A stretch of 64,000 bases of DNA from Cyanophyceae cyanobacterium (GTDB taxonomy: Bacteria; Cyanobacteriota; Cyanobacteriia; Cyanobacteriales; JBHJGN01). Below the pieces are notes generated by a model that worked only from the letters and a program-made list of their open reading frames with translations, made no database searches and had not been told where the DNA came from. Positions 40,234 to 50,722 of this stretch are shown here, in pieces. The number at the start of each line of letters is the position of its first letter. The first letter of the stretch is position 1. The position numbers and the translations under genes were made by a program. The stretch spans positions 128,001 through 192,000 of the forward strand of contig JBHJGN010000004.1 of the NCBI GenBank assembly GCA_050331735.1, in the 5' to 3' direction.

Positions 40234-42096
40234 TCAATCGCTATTGACAGTGTTGGGATGAAAATAGTGATAGATCTCCTTGGCTAAGCGGGGACCAATC
40301 CCGGGAACCTCGGCTAGCTGTTGGGGAGAGGCTTCGCGGATATAGTCGATAGAGCGGAAATGAGCCAAGAGTTGCTTCTGCCGATGAAACCCCAGTCCGG
40401 GAATTTCTTCAAGGCGCGATCGCCGACTCTGCTTCAGGCGCTGCTGGCGGTGGAAGGTGACGGCAAAGCGGTGAGCTTCATCGCGCACCCGTCGCAGAAG
40501 CTGTACTCCTGGCTGTTCTGCTTCAGTCGGAAGCGGCTCTGATTCTCCAGGCAAAAAGATTTCTTCGCGCTGCTTGGCTAAACTGACGACTCTGATTTTC
40601 TCCGACAGATTCATTTCTTCCAGCACCGCGACTACCGCAGAAAGCTGTCCTTTCCCCCCATCAATCATCACCAGGTCGGGCCAATCACCGTTTGCATCCT
40701 TGCGAAAGCGGCGGCGAATCACCTCGGCCATACTAGCAAAGTCGTCGGAGTGACCAATTTTGACTGCCGGATTTTTGATTTTGTAGTGGCGATAGTGCTG
40801 CTTAGCGGGAACGCCATCCACAAATACGACTTGGGAAGCAACGGCATTGGAACCCTGAATGTGAGAAATATCATAGCCTTCGATCTGCTTCGGCAACTCC
40901 GGCAGATCGAGGATGTCGGCCAAGTCTTCTAGGGCTTGAGTATTGCGATCCGCGTCGCGCTGGGTTCGCTCTAGCTCATACCCCGCGTTGCGCTCCACCA
41001 TCTCAATCAGTTCGGCTTTGCTTTGCCGCTGGGGAACGATGATATTCACCTTGCGCCCTTTTTGCTGGCTGAGCCAGTCGGCAAGCATTTCTCCTTCAGA
41101 GAGCTCATGCTGCACTAAAATCTCGGCAGGAATTTCTACCGGATCAGCCGTGGAGTAATGTGCTTCTAGAACCCGTTGGAGAATCATCCCAGGGGAGCCC
41201 CCAGAATCGGTAAAGAATCCCAGTCTTCCGACCAAGCGCCCAGCACGAATTTGAAAAAGCTGAATGCAGCAGTATTGCTCGTTCGCAGCCAGGGCGATCG
41301 CATCTCTAGAAATCGTATCATCGGGTAAAGACACTTTCTGATCGCTGTTGAGGTTACCCAGAGCGTTAATTTGATCGCGTATCTTGGCCGCTAGCTCAAA
41401 GTTAAGCGCCTCAGCCGCCTTCTCCATCTGGGATTGCAAAATCTCAATCAACTCTCCGGTGCGTCCCTGAAACACCATCACCACCTTTTGCACCGTGAGA
41501 CGGTACTCTTCCGGGGTAATCAGAGCCTGACACACCCCTGGACAGCGCCCCATGTCGTAGTTGAGGCAGGGACGATCTTTAAACAGGGGGCGAGGACGCT
41601 GGCGCAGGGGAAAAATGCGCTTAGCAATGTGCAGCGTGTAGCGCAGCAGCCGAGTATCGACGTAGGGACCGTAGTAGCGGTCTTTTTCACTGGTAGAGCG
41701 GCGCTTACGGGTAATAAAAATGCGGGGATAATCCTCAGACCAGGTGACGCAGACGTAGGGATATTTTTTATCGTCTTTCAGCAGCACGTTGAAGTAAGGC
41801 TGATGCTGCTTAATGAGGTTGGCTTCCAGTGCCAGCGCTTCGGCTTCGGTATCGGTGACGATAAATTCAATATCGCACACCTGATGCACCATCATGGCAA
41901 TGCGATCGCTGAGCTGTTGGGAGTCGCGGAAATAGGAGCGCACCCGCGATCGCAGCTTTTTTGATTTCCCAATGTAGAGAATGTTGCCGCTGCGATCGCG
42001 CATGAAGTAGACTCCTGACTCAGCAGGAATCTCTTTGAGGCGATTTTCTAGTCGTTCTGGGTCTTTGAGCAGTGAAGCGATTTGAGTTGATGTCAC
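40234..42096 (-). CDS. uvrC: Excinuclease ABC subunit C
   Basis: GVY...[37 protein letters not shown] and HhH motifs; likely GTG start at 42096. Confidence 0.97.
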   Translation of the reverse strand: MTSTQIASLLKDPERLENRLKEIPAESGVYFMRDRSGNILYIGKSKKLRSRVRSYFRDSQQLSDRIAMMVHQVCDIEFIVTDTEAEALALEANLIKQHQPYFNVLLKDDKKYPYVCVTWSEDYPRIFITRKRRSTSEKDRYYGPYVDTRLLRYTLHIAKRIFPLRQRPRPLFKDRPCLNYDMGRCPGVCQALITPEEYRLTVQKVVMVFQGRTGELIEILQSQMEKAAEALNFELAAKIRDQINALGNLNSDQKVSLPDDTISRDAIALAANEQYCCIQLFQIRAGRLVGRLGFFTDSGGSPGMILQRVLEAHYSTADPVEIPAEILVQHELSEGEMLADWLSQQKGRKVNIIVPQRQSKAELIEMVERNAGYELERTQRDADRNTQALEDLADILDLPELPKQIEGYDISHIQGSNAVASQVVFVDGVPAKQHYRHYKIKNPAVKIGHSDDFASMAEVIRRRFRKDANGDWPDLVMIDGGKGQLSAVVAVLEEMNLSEKIRVVSLAKQREEIFLPGESEPLPTEAEQPGVQLLRRVRDEAHRFAVTFHRQQRLKQSRRSRLEEIPGLGFHRQKQLLAHFRSIDYIREASPQQLAEVPGIGPRLAKEIYHYFHPNTVNSD

Positions 42097-42130
42097 AGGC
42101 AATTCACGTTTAGTTACCTGTATCAATCAT

Positions 42131-42161
42131 AAAAGACTCCCCGACTAAGTGTGGTCGGGGA
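42131..42161 (-). terminator. Intrinsic terminator after the PEP-CTERM gene
   Basis: TCCCCGAC/GTCGGGGA stem followed by GTCTTTT on the minus strand. Confidence 0.65.
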
Positions 42162-42185
42162 AACTGGATTCTGAAATGTTTTGCT

Positions 42186-43190
42186 TTACGCTTTGACGTT
42201 CGCCGATTTACGCCAGCCGGCAAGACCTAAGCTAACAGCTCCTAAAATACCAAGTAAACTACCAGATTCAGGCACAGATTGAGGATTAGAATTGTTTTCC
42301 CCTGAGCCTGTCGTCGCGGTAGCTTGCTCAACCTGGACGCTATCGAAGAAGGCAAATCCACCCGGAGTCCCAAATCTAAGCTGAAGGGACTCAAATGAGT
42401 CTTTTCCAAACAGGTCATTTTCAATGTCGAGTCTTAAGGGAAGGTCAGAGTTTTCCCCCGAGAAATAGTCTGGTGTTCCTGGATTTGTAGCACGCTCGAA
42501 CGTAGTCCAGTTGAGGTCGTCACTCTCAAGGCTTTGCCAGTCCCCGGAAAGATACTCTAAAGTAGCAAGGACGCTGCCTCCTTGTTTTTCAGCTCGCATC
42601 CGGTAGCTAAATAGCTGATTAGTGACGTTAGTTTGCTCTGAAGGCGGCTCTAACAAAGCATCGGCAACATGCTCTATCTGAAATCCAGGGTCTAGATAAA
42701 GGTTGTAGTACTCCTGAGCATTTCCGTTTGGAGAAGGGGGACGAATATTAGCCTTGAGTTCAAAATCCTCAAACGCTGTTTGCTGATTTCTCAGCTTAGC
42801 GTCCTCCTCATCCTCTACCTCCCCGACTAACTGGTCTAAAACATCTGCATACTCATCTGAGCTTCTCTTAAAGATGTCTAAATCGACGAAGGTTTTGGCC
42901 CTTTCAGTGTATCTATTCATCCCCTTCGACACCCAGCGCTCGACCCAAGTAACGGTAACAGAACCTTCGTCTAAATCTAGAGGTGAGTCAAAGTCAAACG
43001 TTGCTTCAGCAAAGCTCCCCGCACCTTGAGGAGAAAATAGCTCTCCCGTTGTCTCGTCTACTTGAGTACTTCCTAACTGCCAGCCTTGCCCCAAGGTTTC
43101 TGCTTGAGAGCTAAAATCACTATTTAAAATAGTGGAAGCTTGGGCTGGCGCAGCCACTAATAAAGAGAGGAAAATAATAAATTTTTTCAT
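42186..43190 (-). CDS. PEP-CTERM sorting-domain exported protein
   Basis: Signal peptide (APAQA/S); C-terminal VPESGSLLGILGAVSLGLAGWRK. Confidence 0.88.
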   Translation of the reverse strand: MKKFIIFLSLLVAAPAQASTILNSDFSSQAETLGQGWQLGSTQVDETTGELFSPQGAGSFAEATFDFDSPLDLDEGSVTVTWVERWVSKGMNRYTERAKTFVDLDIFKRSSDEYADVLDQLVGEVEDEEDAKLRNQQTAFEDFELKANIRPPSPNGNAQEYYNLYLDPGFQIEHVADALLEPPSEQTNVTNQLFSYRMRAEKQGGSVLATLEYLSGDWQSLESDDLNWTTFERATNPGTPDYFSGENSDLPLRLDIENDLFGKDSFESLQLRFGTPGGFAFFDSVQVEQATATTGSGENNSNPQSVPESGSLLGILGAVSLGLAGWRKSANVKA

Positions 43191-43333
43191 AATCTGACAG
43201 AGGTTAGTCGGTAATAGGGGTAAACTTAGCTTTTTAGAGAGGCAAAATCTGATTAGTTTTTTAGAGTATACCGTCGATCTCTGTGGGGTTAGGCAAAGGA
43301 AGTATCAAATTTTCAGGGTTTTTTTAAAGATTG

Positions 43334-43376
43334 TGTAAAGTAAACTACAGTTTACTGCCCGTTAATCAGGTAGTTT
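43334..43376 (+). promoter_or_regulatory. Candidate NtcA-activated promoter
   Basis: tGTA-AAGTAAAC-TACa (43335-43348), then 22 nt, then TAGTTT (43371-43376). Confidence 0.45.
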
Positions 43377-43448
43377 TCTGAGCGCTCAGTCACAATTCCC
43401 AAACCTTAGCAGACATGACAGGATCAAACTGTTGAACCTTGTCAGACC

Positions 43449-44279
43449 ATGCAAACTAAACTCCGATTTTCTCAAATTTGGCAATACCTGCTGTTGTGTG
43501 CGATCGCTCTGTTGATGCTGTTTCCACTGCTGTGGCTAATCGGAACTTCACTCAAATCCCCGGAAGAGGACATCTTTGGGTTCCCGCCGCAGCTCATTCC
43601 TAGTCAGCCGACGCTGGAAAACTTTCGCCTGGTTTGGCAGCAATTTCCGTTTGGGCAATATCTTTTCAATAGTACCTTGGTGGCTGTGCTGACCGTTGGA
43701 CTGAACCTCCTGTTTTGTTCGCTGGCTGCTTACCCTCTAGCGCGGCTCAACTTTCGGGGACGGGATCTGCTGTTTGCGCTGATCGTTTCTACCATTGTGA
43801 TTCCGTTTCAAATTGTGATGATCCCTCTCTACATCCTCATGGTGCAGCTTGGCTTGAGAAACAGCTATTTGGGCGTTATTTTCCCCAGTCTCGCTTCGGC
43901 TTTTGGGATTTTTTTGCTGCGTCAGGCCTTTCAAGGCGTTCCCAAAGAACTCGAAGAAGCGGCTCGTATCGATGGCTGTTCTGAACTCGGAATCTGGTGG
44001 TACGTGATGATCCCCGCCGTTCGCCCTGCTCTGGTTACGCTAGCGATCTTTGTCTTTATCGGTTCCTGGAGCGATTTTCTCTGGCCTCTAATTGTGTTAG
44101 ATCGCCCAGAATACTATACTTTACCCCTAGGGGTAGCTACTTTAGCCGGAACTTTTTCTTTAGACTGGCGGTTAATTGCAGCGGGTTCTGTGATTTCTGT
44201 TGCTCCGGTGCTGCTGCTGTTTCTGTTTGTACAGCGCTATATTATTCCCACCGACGCTGGTAGTGGGGTGAAAGGGTAA
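43449..44279 (+). CDS. Carbohydrate ABC transporter permease (MalG-like)
   Basis: AAYPLARL.F.G, ELEEAARIDG and W.DFLWPL motifs. Confidence 0.93.
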   Translation: MQTKLRFSQIWQYLLLCAIALLMLFPLLWLIGTSLKSPEEDIFGFPPQLIPSQPTLENFRLVWQQFPFGQYLFNSTLVAVLTVGLNLLFCSLAAYPLARLNFRGRDLLFALIVSTIVIPFQIVMIPLYILMVQLGLRNSYLGVIFPSLASAFGIFLLRQAFQGVPKELEEAARIDGCSELGIWWYVMIPAVRPALVTLAIFVFIGSWSDFLWPLIVLDRPEYYTLPLGVATLAGTFSLDWRLIAAGSVISVAPVLLLFLFVQRYIIPTDAGSGVKG

Positions 44280-44339
44280 CGGAGACAGTCTATTAGTCAT
44301 CAGTTCTTAGCAAAACAGCATTTGAGAAGTTAGCAAAAG

Positions 44340-45188
44340 ATGAGAACGTTACTGTTGCCATCAGGCAGAGAAATTCCGGGACTAGGACAGGGAACGTGGC
44401 GAATGGGCGAAAATCCTGCTGAGCGACAGTCTGAAATCGATGCGCTGCAATTAGGAATAGAGTTGGGGATGACGCTAATCGATACCGCAGAAATGTACGG
44501 CGAAGGCGGCGCAGAAGCAATGATTGCTGAAGCGATCGCTCCTTGTCGAGCAGACGTTTTTCTCGTGAGCAAGGTTTATCCGCACAATGCCAGTCGTCAA
44601 GGGGCAATAGCGGCTTGCGAGCGCTCGCTGAAGCGACTAAAAACAGACTACCTCGACCTTTACTTACTCCACTGGCGCGGTACTGTCCCAGTGGCTGAAA
44701 CATTAAAAGCGTTTCAATCTCTTCAGCAAGCTGGGAAAATTCGCGACTACGGCGTGAGCAATTTCGATCTCGACGATATGGAAGAGGCGCTCGCCGCACC
44801 AGTAGGAAAGGCGATCGCGACCAATCAGGTGTTGTATAATTTAGCCCATCGCGGGATCGAATGGGATCTGCTGCCCTGGTGTCGTCAGCAGGGCATTCCG
44901 ATTATGGCCTACTCTCCCATTGAACAGGCAGCCCAAGGACGACAAGGGTTGCTCAATCATCCGCAACTCAAAGCGATCGCCGCGCAGCACAGCGCTACCC
45001 CCGCTCAAGTTGCTCTTGCTTGGCTACTGAGGCAAGAGAACGTCATTGTCATCCCTAAAGCCACCAAAATCGAACACGTCAAAGAGAACCGCGCCGCGCT
45101 AGATTTAACGCTGACAAATGAAGATCTAGCCGCCCTCGACCAAGCCTTCAAGCCCCCTCACCGAAAGGTTTCACTAGCGATTAGGTAA
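44340..45188 (+). CDS. Aldo/keto reductase
   Basis: [26 protein letters not shown] and AYSP motifs. Confidence 0.95.
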   Translation: MRTLLLPSGREIPGLGQGTWRMGENPAERQSEIDALQLGIELGMTLIDTAEMYGEGGAEAMIAEAIAPCRADVFLVSKVYPHNASRQGAIAACERSLKRLKTDYLDLYLLHWRGTVPVAETLKAFQSLQQAGKIRDYGVSNFDLDDMEEALAAPVGKAIATNQVLYNLAHRGIEWDLLPWCRQQGIPIMAYSPIEQAAQGRQGLLNHPQLKAIAAQHSATPAQVALAWLLRQENVIVIPKATKIEHVKENRAALDLTLTNEDLAALDQAFKPPHRKVSLAIR

Positions 45189-45352
45189 AGCGCCGCAGGC
45201 GGGGGAAACAGTTCCTATCGGAACGGGGAAGGGGGAATTTGTCCTTCCAGGACGGAAAAGAACACAGAATTAAGAAATCCGCTGATTAATTCTCCCTTTT
45301 CCCCTTCCCCTTTCCCCTTGTCCCGCGCCTGTGGCGCTTCCCCTTTTCCCCA
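45188..45352. repeat. Inverted-repeat-bounded STRR/MITE-like element
   Basis: AAGCGCCGCAGGCGGGGGA at left is the near reverse complement of TCCCGCGCCTGTGGCGCTT (ends 45339); contains TTCCCCT heptamers. Confidence 0.6.
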
Positions 45353-45377
45353 AACTAGTCGTTTCTTGATAACAAGA

Positions 45378-46751
45378 TCAATTGGAAAAGAATATTCCCC
45401 CTAACCAACCGAGAAAAATGCCGAGCCAAGCAGTACTAGTTAAAATCATCGTCATCAAAAGCTTGCGGGGTGAGGGTGGCATGCTTTTAAAAGAAGCAAA
45501 TGCCAGGATGGAAAAACAAATACAGAGGAGCAAACTGACGACAGCGCCAGCGGCAAGTCCAGCCGCGAGTCCAGCCAGCGTTCCTGCTTCAGCTTCCGCC
45601 ATCGTATAGGCAGCATAAACCGCCCAAATACTGGTTAAAGTGGCAGTCGGCAACCACATTGAGAACACCAAACATCCTACTTTTGTAGCCGAATGAGAAA
45701 TTCGGGCAACAATAAACGTTGCTGTTGCGACTAAGCTGAAAGTCATTACCCAGTCAGGAGCTGAGTAAACTGCTAACAGCCAGCCTACCGGAGGGTAAAC
45801 CAGCAGATTTGCTAGAGCAATTTGGGAGACTCTCTTCCAAAAGAGGGTCTTCGGCGGCGCTGGTTTGGGCTTAGAGGTTGCCTGCAATGTAGAGGACTGA
45901 GGTACTGTAGACTGAGATGAACGAACAGTCCTTGGCTCCAGGAGCAGCAGCCATGCCTCGACTGACTGAGGGCGATGACTGGACTGGAGAGCCATGCCTT
46001 TGAGAATGGCTCGATTGACGCGATCGCTAACGTGCCGATTTTCTGACTTGGGAGGTGCTAGAGTCTCTTCAAAGACTCGGGTAAAGGCAGGGGGAGGCAC
46101 AACACCTGTGAGCAGAAAATAAAGAGTCGCTGCCAACCCATAAACATCTGTATACTCGCCGCGCTTTGAGCGTCGTTCGTACTGCTCTTTAGGAGCAAAA
46201 CCATGAGTCGCGTAGGTGCTGTGGGTTTGAGTTCTATCGCTAACAAAATCTCTGGCAATGCCGAAATCAATTAGAACCGCTTCTTGGGTACGAAAGCGCA
46301 CAAGAATGTTGCGCGGCTTCAAATCGCGGTGCAGCAAACCTTTATCATGAACGACTTTTAACGCATCGCTAATTTGGCGGATGTAGAGGAGTGCTTCGGG
46401 TTCTGGCAAAACGCCGTGCTGAGTGACGCGCTGCTGCAAGTCTTCTCCTTCAATATATTCCATCGCGATGCACGGCAGTGGTCCTTCATAGAAAATGTTT
46501 TCTACCTGCACAATGTGAGGATGCCGACAAACCGCTAATCTCGTTGCTTCCTGTTCAAAATCGTGCCGGAATTTATCTTGATAGGGTCGGTATTCTGGAT
46601 CGTGAAGAAGTTCGTCTCTGATGGTTTTGATGACGATCCGCCTGTTCTGTCTGTCTCTAGCAAGATAGGTGATTCCAAATCCTCCTGACTTCAGGACTGT
46701 TTCAATTAAGTAGCGATCGCCATACAGAGCTTGCCCCTTCTCCCAGACCAT
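45378..46751 (-). CDS. Ser/Thr protein kinase with multi-pass C-terminal membrane domain
   Basis: GGFGIT, HRDLKPRN, DFG and DVYGLAAT motifs; several C-terminal TM helices. Confidence 0.92.
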   Translation of the reverse strand: MVWEKGQALYGDRYLIETVLKSGGFGITYLARDRQNRRIVIKTIRDELLHDPEYRPYQDKFRHDFEQEATRLAVCRHPHIVQVENIFYEGPLPCIAMEYIEGEDLQQRVTQHGVLPEPEALLYIRQISDALKVVHDKGLLHRDLKPRNILVRFRTQEAVLIDFGIARDFVSDRTQTHSTYATHGFAPKEQYERRSKRGEYTDVYGLAATLYFLLTGVVPPPAFTRVFEETLAPPKSENRHVSDRVNRAILKGMALQSSHRPQSVEAWLLLLEPRTVRSSQSTVPQSSTLQATSKPKPAPPKTLFWKRVSQIALANLLVYPPVGWLLAVYSAPDWVMTFSLVATATFIVARISHSATKVGCLVFSMWLPTATLTSIWAVYAAYTMAEAEAGTLAGLAAGLAAGAVVSLLLCICFSILAFASFKSMPPSPRKLLMTMILTSTAWLGIFLGWLGGIFFSN

Positions 46752-46850
46752 TAATCAAGCGGTTAAATCGACTCCTTTAATTTTTGCATACCATCTTCCG
46801 CTCAGAGATAAACCGATAAAATCTATAGCAAGGTCCGAGCAGAATTAGCT

Positions 46851-47429
46851 ATGGTTACAGTCAAACGCTTTACGGTAGATGAGTATCATCGTCTTACTGA
46901 GCTAGGACTTTTCCAAGAAGATGACCGCGTAGAGCTAATTAGCGGAGAAATTATTGAAATGGCGGCAAAAGGAACTCCTCACAGAGTTTGCTGCACAAGA
47001 CTCCTTCGGGAGCTATCCACAATTTTAAAAAATAGAGCGACCTTACAGTGCCAAGATCCGATTACCGTTTCAGCTAGAAGCGAACCAGAGCCAGATCTAG
47101 CGATTGTCAAAAATCGAGAGGATGATTACTTATCAGGACACCCATCACCGCAAGATGTGCTGCTAGTCATCGAAATTGCTGATTCTTTCCTTGAATACGA
47201 TCGTGAAGTTAAGCTCCCTCTGTATGCAGAAGCCGGAATTGAAAATTATTGGATTTTTAATCTTAAAGACAAGCAACTCGAAGCCTCTACCGACCCCTAT
47301 CAAACAGCGCGAGGAGACTTCAATTACCGCCAAAAGCAGATTTACTTGCCAAATCAACAAGTCGCCTTACCAACGTTATCAGGGTTACTTCCGCTAAATA
47401 AAATTTTCCCTGAAAAGACATTGGGTTGA
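46851..47429 (+). CDS. Uma2 family endonuclease
   Basis: RFTVDEYHRL, RVELI.GEI, EPEPD, LVIEIAD and K..LYA.AGI..YWI motifs. Confidence 0.93.
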   Translation: MVTVKRFTVDEYHRLTELGLFQEDDRVELISGEIIEMAAKGTPHRVCCTRLLRELSTILKNRATLQCQDPITVSARSEPEPDLAIVKNREDDYLSGHPSPQDVLLVIEIADSFLEYDREVKLPLYAEAGIENYWIFNLKDKQLEASTDPYQTARGDFNYRQKQIYLPNQQVALPTLSGLLPLNKIFPEKTLG

Positions 47430-47436
47430 AAGGCAC

Positions 47437-47772
47437 TCAAACTGACTGTTCACCCGGAACAGTAATCTCGCTACACAGTTCATAAAAAGAGGTCACGGGC
47501 GGCTTTGCAAATAGATGAGACATTTCTTTCAAAATTGCCTGGTAAGCTTCATTCTGGTTATCCTGCATATCTTCAATCGCTTCCCACAGAATAACGGCAA
47601 TCCCTTCATCGGTTCCTGGCTTTTGCAGAAGATAAGCTTTCTTAAAGCCCTTGGTGTAGGTAGATACAGCTTTTTCATAAAGCCGTTGAGCTTCTGCAAA
47701 TCTGCCCGGTTTAAATTCCCCAATAGCGACGTAGGCATAGTTATGATGCAAAAAGTCTAAAAATTCTGACAC
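47437..47772 (-). CDS. ABM-like (dimeric alpha/beta barrel) small protein
   Basis: FKPG...GFKKAYLL...GIAVILWE pattern; GTG start at 47772 with an AAGGAG RBS. Confidence 0.75.
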   Translation of the reverse strand: MSEFLDFLHHNYAYVAIGEFKPGRFAEAQRLYEKAVSTYTKGFKKAYLLQKPGTDEGIAVILWEAIEDMQDNQNEAYQAILKEMSHLFAKPPVTSFYELCSEITVPGEQSV

Positions 47773-47892
47773 AGTGAATTCCTTCTCCTTTATGTTGAGA
47801 GCTTTAGTATTTACAATTATCTTCTTGCCAGCAAAAAAGCAACTGGCCACTTACTGTTCTGAACTGTCACCTCAAATGAGATGCACTAGTTA

Positions 47893-49260
47893 TTACCGAC
47901 AGGCTTGCTCAATGTCTTCTGCACTCGTTGGTAATAGAGCCGTTAACACCTCTGTCCCGGTTTCGGTAACCAGGACATCATCTTCAATGCGAATGCCCCT
48001 AACATCGGCAAATTCGGCGAGACGCTCCCAGTTCACTACGTCTTGGTACTGCTGGCGATTAGCATCATTGAGAATGGCCGGAACCTGATAGAACCCAGGT
48101 TCGATGGTCACAACCATCCCGACGCGAAGGGGACGATCCAGGCGCAAATAGCACAAGCCGAAGCGATCGCTGCGCTGCCTGCCCGCTTCGTATCCAGCCA
48201 AATCTCCGAGATCTTCCATATCGTGGACATCCAGCCCGAGCAGATGACCAACTCCGTGAGGGAAAAAGAGAGCATGAGCATCCCGCTGGACTAAATCTGA
48301 GGCACTCCCCCGTAGGATGCCTAGATTAATGAGTCCTTGAGCAATAGTCAAGGCTGCGAGGAGGTGAATCTCTCGAAACTCAATTCCCGGACGCATGTTT
48401 TGAAGGCAAACATCATGAGCAGCCAGAACAACATTATACAAATCGCGCTGCGTCGCCGAAAATCGACCCGACACGGGAAAAGTCCGCGTGATATCGGATG
48501 CCCAGCCCGTTGCTGTTTCCGCCCCCACATCTGCGAGCAGCAAATCTCCCGGCTGAAGCGGATTGTGATACTGATTGTTGTGCAGCACCTCTCCCCGGAC
48601 GGTGACGATACTGCTGTAGGCACAGCTCATGTTGCGGGCGGCGATCGCCCTCTCCATTTCTGCCCTGACTGCGGCTTCTGTTGGGGAGCGAGCAACACTC
48701 TGCATCCCGGCTTGATGGGCTGCTACCGAGACAGCGGCGGCTTGACGTAGGTTGGCTAACGCGCCTGCATCATGAGTGAGTCGCAGAGCGACAATGGCTT
48801 GAGCCAAGTCTAAATCAATTCCCTGGGGAGCGTTAGCCGGAGAAATGTGCCTGTCGAGAACCTGGTACTGCCGCTGATAGGTTTTGTCGTTTTGAAGAGC
48901 CACCGTCGCCGCGCCATCGGAGCGGGACTTTAATTCTGATAGCGGATAGGCGGCATCTGCTCCTATTAAGTCAGCAATTTCAGCTCTCTTAGGCGTCTCT
49001 CCGTGCCATAGAATACTCTCAGGAGTTGGATTGTCAACAAACAGTTCTAGTCTGCCGTTCTCTAGGCGAAGTGCGGCATTTTCTAAGGGAATGCCAGCAA
49101 AGTAGAGAAAATGACTACTGGCACGAAAAGAAAACGTATTGGCCGGAAAATTACGGGATACCGGGCCTCCTGACCAGAGAATGGCTGGCACTTCTAGGAA
49201 TTTAGCTAAGCGCTGCCGCCGCTGGTGAAGGGTGGTCTTTAGTTCGTTGTTCACTGACAT
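47893..49260 (-). CDS. pepP: Xaa-Pro aminopeptidase (M24B)
   Basis: DVGAE...SDITRTFP, HGVGHLLGLDVHD, TIEPGFY and GIRIEDD motifs; start placed at MSVNNE. Confidence 0.9.
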   Translation of the reverse strand: MSVNNELKTTLHQRRQRLAKFLEVPAILWSGGPVSRNFPANTFSFRASSHFLYFAGIPLENAALRLENGRLELFVDNPTPESILWHGETPKRAEIADLIGADAAYPLSELKSRSDGAATVALQNDKTYQRQYQVLDRHISPANAPQGIDLDLAQAIVALRLTHDAGALANLRQAAAVSVAAHQAGMQSVARSPTEAAVRAEMERAIAARNMSCAYSSIVTVRGEVLHNNQYHNPLQPGDLLLADVGAETATGWASDITRTFPVSGRFSATQRDLYNVVLAAHDVCLQNMRPGIEFREIHLLAALTIAQGLINLGILRGSASDLVQRDAHALFFPHGVGHLLGLDVHDMEDLGDLAGYEAGRQRSDRFGLCYLRLDRPLRVGMVVTIEPGFYQVPAILNDANRQQYQDVVNWERLAEFADVRGIRIEDDVLVTETGTEVLTALLPTSAEDIEQACR

Positions 49261-49336
49261 AGGTAGGGGCGGATTCAATCTCACGCTTATCCTATATATA
49301 CTGTAGTTACCACTGTATATAATCAAGCATCTAAGA

Positions 49337-50188
49337 ATGGATGGGCAGGCTAGACCAAGCATGCAAACCAAGCAATACAAAGTGCTTCAGCAGATTAGTA
49401 TCGGTAAACAGCTTGCCGATGAAGAAGCGAAACGGCTGATGCTGGTAGGAACGATTCAGGAAGTCGGAGTCGGGACAGAATTTTTAGTCGAGGGAGCCGC
49501 TAGTAACTCGCTGCACGTTCTGCTGCGAGGAGAGGCTGAAGTTCTGAAAGTGACAGAGGCAGGTAAGCTGCGCCGCCTAGCAACTTGCGGAACAGGAGAG
49601 GTTTTCGGCGAAATTGGGCTGATCTCGAACGTGCCCTATTTTGCCACAGTTCGAGCAATGAGTCCCTGCGTGGTGTTTGTGCTCCAGCGCGAAGCCTTTG
49701 GCAAAATGCTGGCGATTGGAGATAGTGCCGCCATCAAAATTGTGATTGAACTGGGGCGGGTTCTGGGAGATAAATGGCAAAAGCTCACGAACGGAATTGT
49801 CCAGCTTAGTGACGACCACAACACATTGCACAAGACCATTAAGCAACTGAAGGCAGCTTCTTCTTTAGAAGAGTTAGAGCAAGCTCGCCTGAGTCTCCTC
49901 ACTAAATCGCAACAGTTAAAAGCGAAATACACGACACTGCAAAACCAGCTTTACTCGCTTAGCCCCCCGCCAGAGCCACAGAAGAGCCGTCGAGGAGCTG
50001 AACTCACTTTAGCGATCGCCACCGGAACCGCCGCAACGGTTGCCATTATCTATTTCCTCGGCGGTTTCCAGTCTCTATTATCTCTCTTTTCTGGTCGCAA
50101 TCCTGATGCCGCGCCTCAGATTGCCGTAGAAGAATGTCAAAGCAAACCCCATAGTACTTGGCGCAATGGAGAGTGCGTGTCCGAGTAA
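49337..50188 (+). CDS. Cyclic-nucleotide-binding-domain protein with coiled coil and TM helix
   Basis: EG...LHVLLRGEAEV...GEVFGEIGL...ATVRA, followed by a heptad region and a hydrophobic helix. Confidence 0.85.
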   Translation: MDGQARPSMQTKQYKVLQQISIGKQLADEEAKRLMLVGTIQEVGVGTEFLVEGAASNSLHVLLRGEAEVLKVTEAGKLRRLATCGTGEVFGEIGLISNVPYFATVRAMSPCVVFVLQREAFGKMLAIGDSAAIKIVIELGRVLGDKWQKLTNGIVQLSDDHNTLHKTIKQLKAASSLEELEQARLSLLTKSQQLKAKYTTLQNQLYSLSPPPEPQKSRRGAELTLAIATGTAATVAIIYFLGGFQSLLSLFSGRNPDAAPQIAVEECQSKPHSTWRNGECVSE

Positions 50189-50722
50189 ACGCTGGCAAGG
50201 CAGAGGTAGAGACGGTTCGAGTTGATAGAGCTAGGGCGATCGCCTGAATTAGTGCGGTCTATCGTAGCTAGCGTCATCCGATTAACAGAAGAAACAATGC
50301 CTCGATTTTTCAAACGGATGGAACAGATGTTGAAAAGAATTAGAGAAATGCCGTCTGAGATCGGTGAGCTACAAACTGATACCATTTACCGAAAGTAGTC
50401 AGATAGTTCTCCAAGCTAACAACAAGTTGGGGGTTCAAAGGGAAAAACTTGCTGTGCTTGCCTTTTTCCTAACTCATCAAATCTCTCATTACTTTTTCTA
50501 ATTGGTATTACCTCAATGTTCTGATTCGTAGTCCGAGATGGTGAATGGGGAGTGCATACCTACAATAGCCCCTCTGATGGTTACTGCTACGGCGATTACT
50601 ACAGCAGCCTTGAGCAGGCTATCAGCAGCGGCTGAGCCAATATAGCCAATAAAATAATAAAGATAGGCGGCTCTGGGAAAGCCGCCTACATCAGACATTT
50701 AATCTAAGAACATTCTAACAAG

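Noticed and set aside
45530..45600. Ala/Gly repeats (LAGLAAGLAAGA) in the kinase tail as a possible DGR variable region
   Set aside because: No template repeat, reverse transcriptase or C-type lectin-fold domain in the window.
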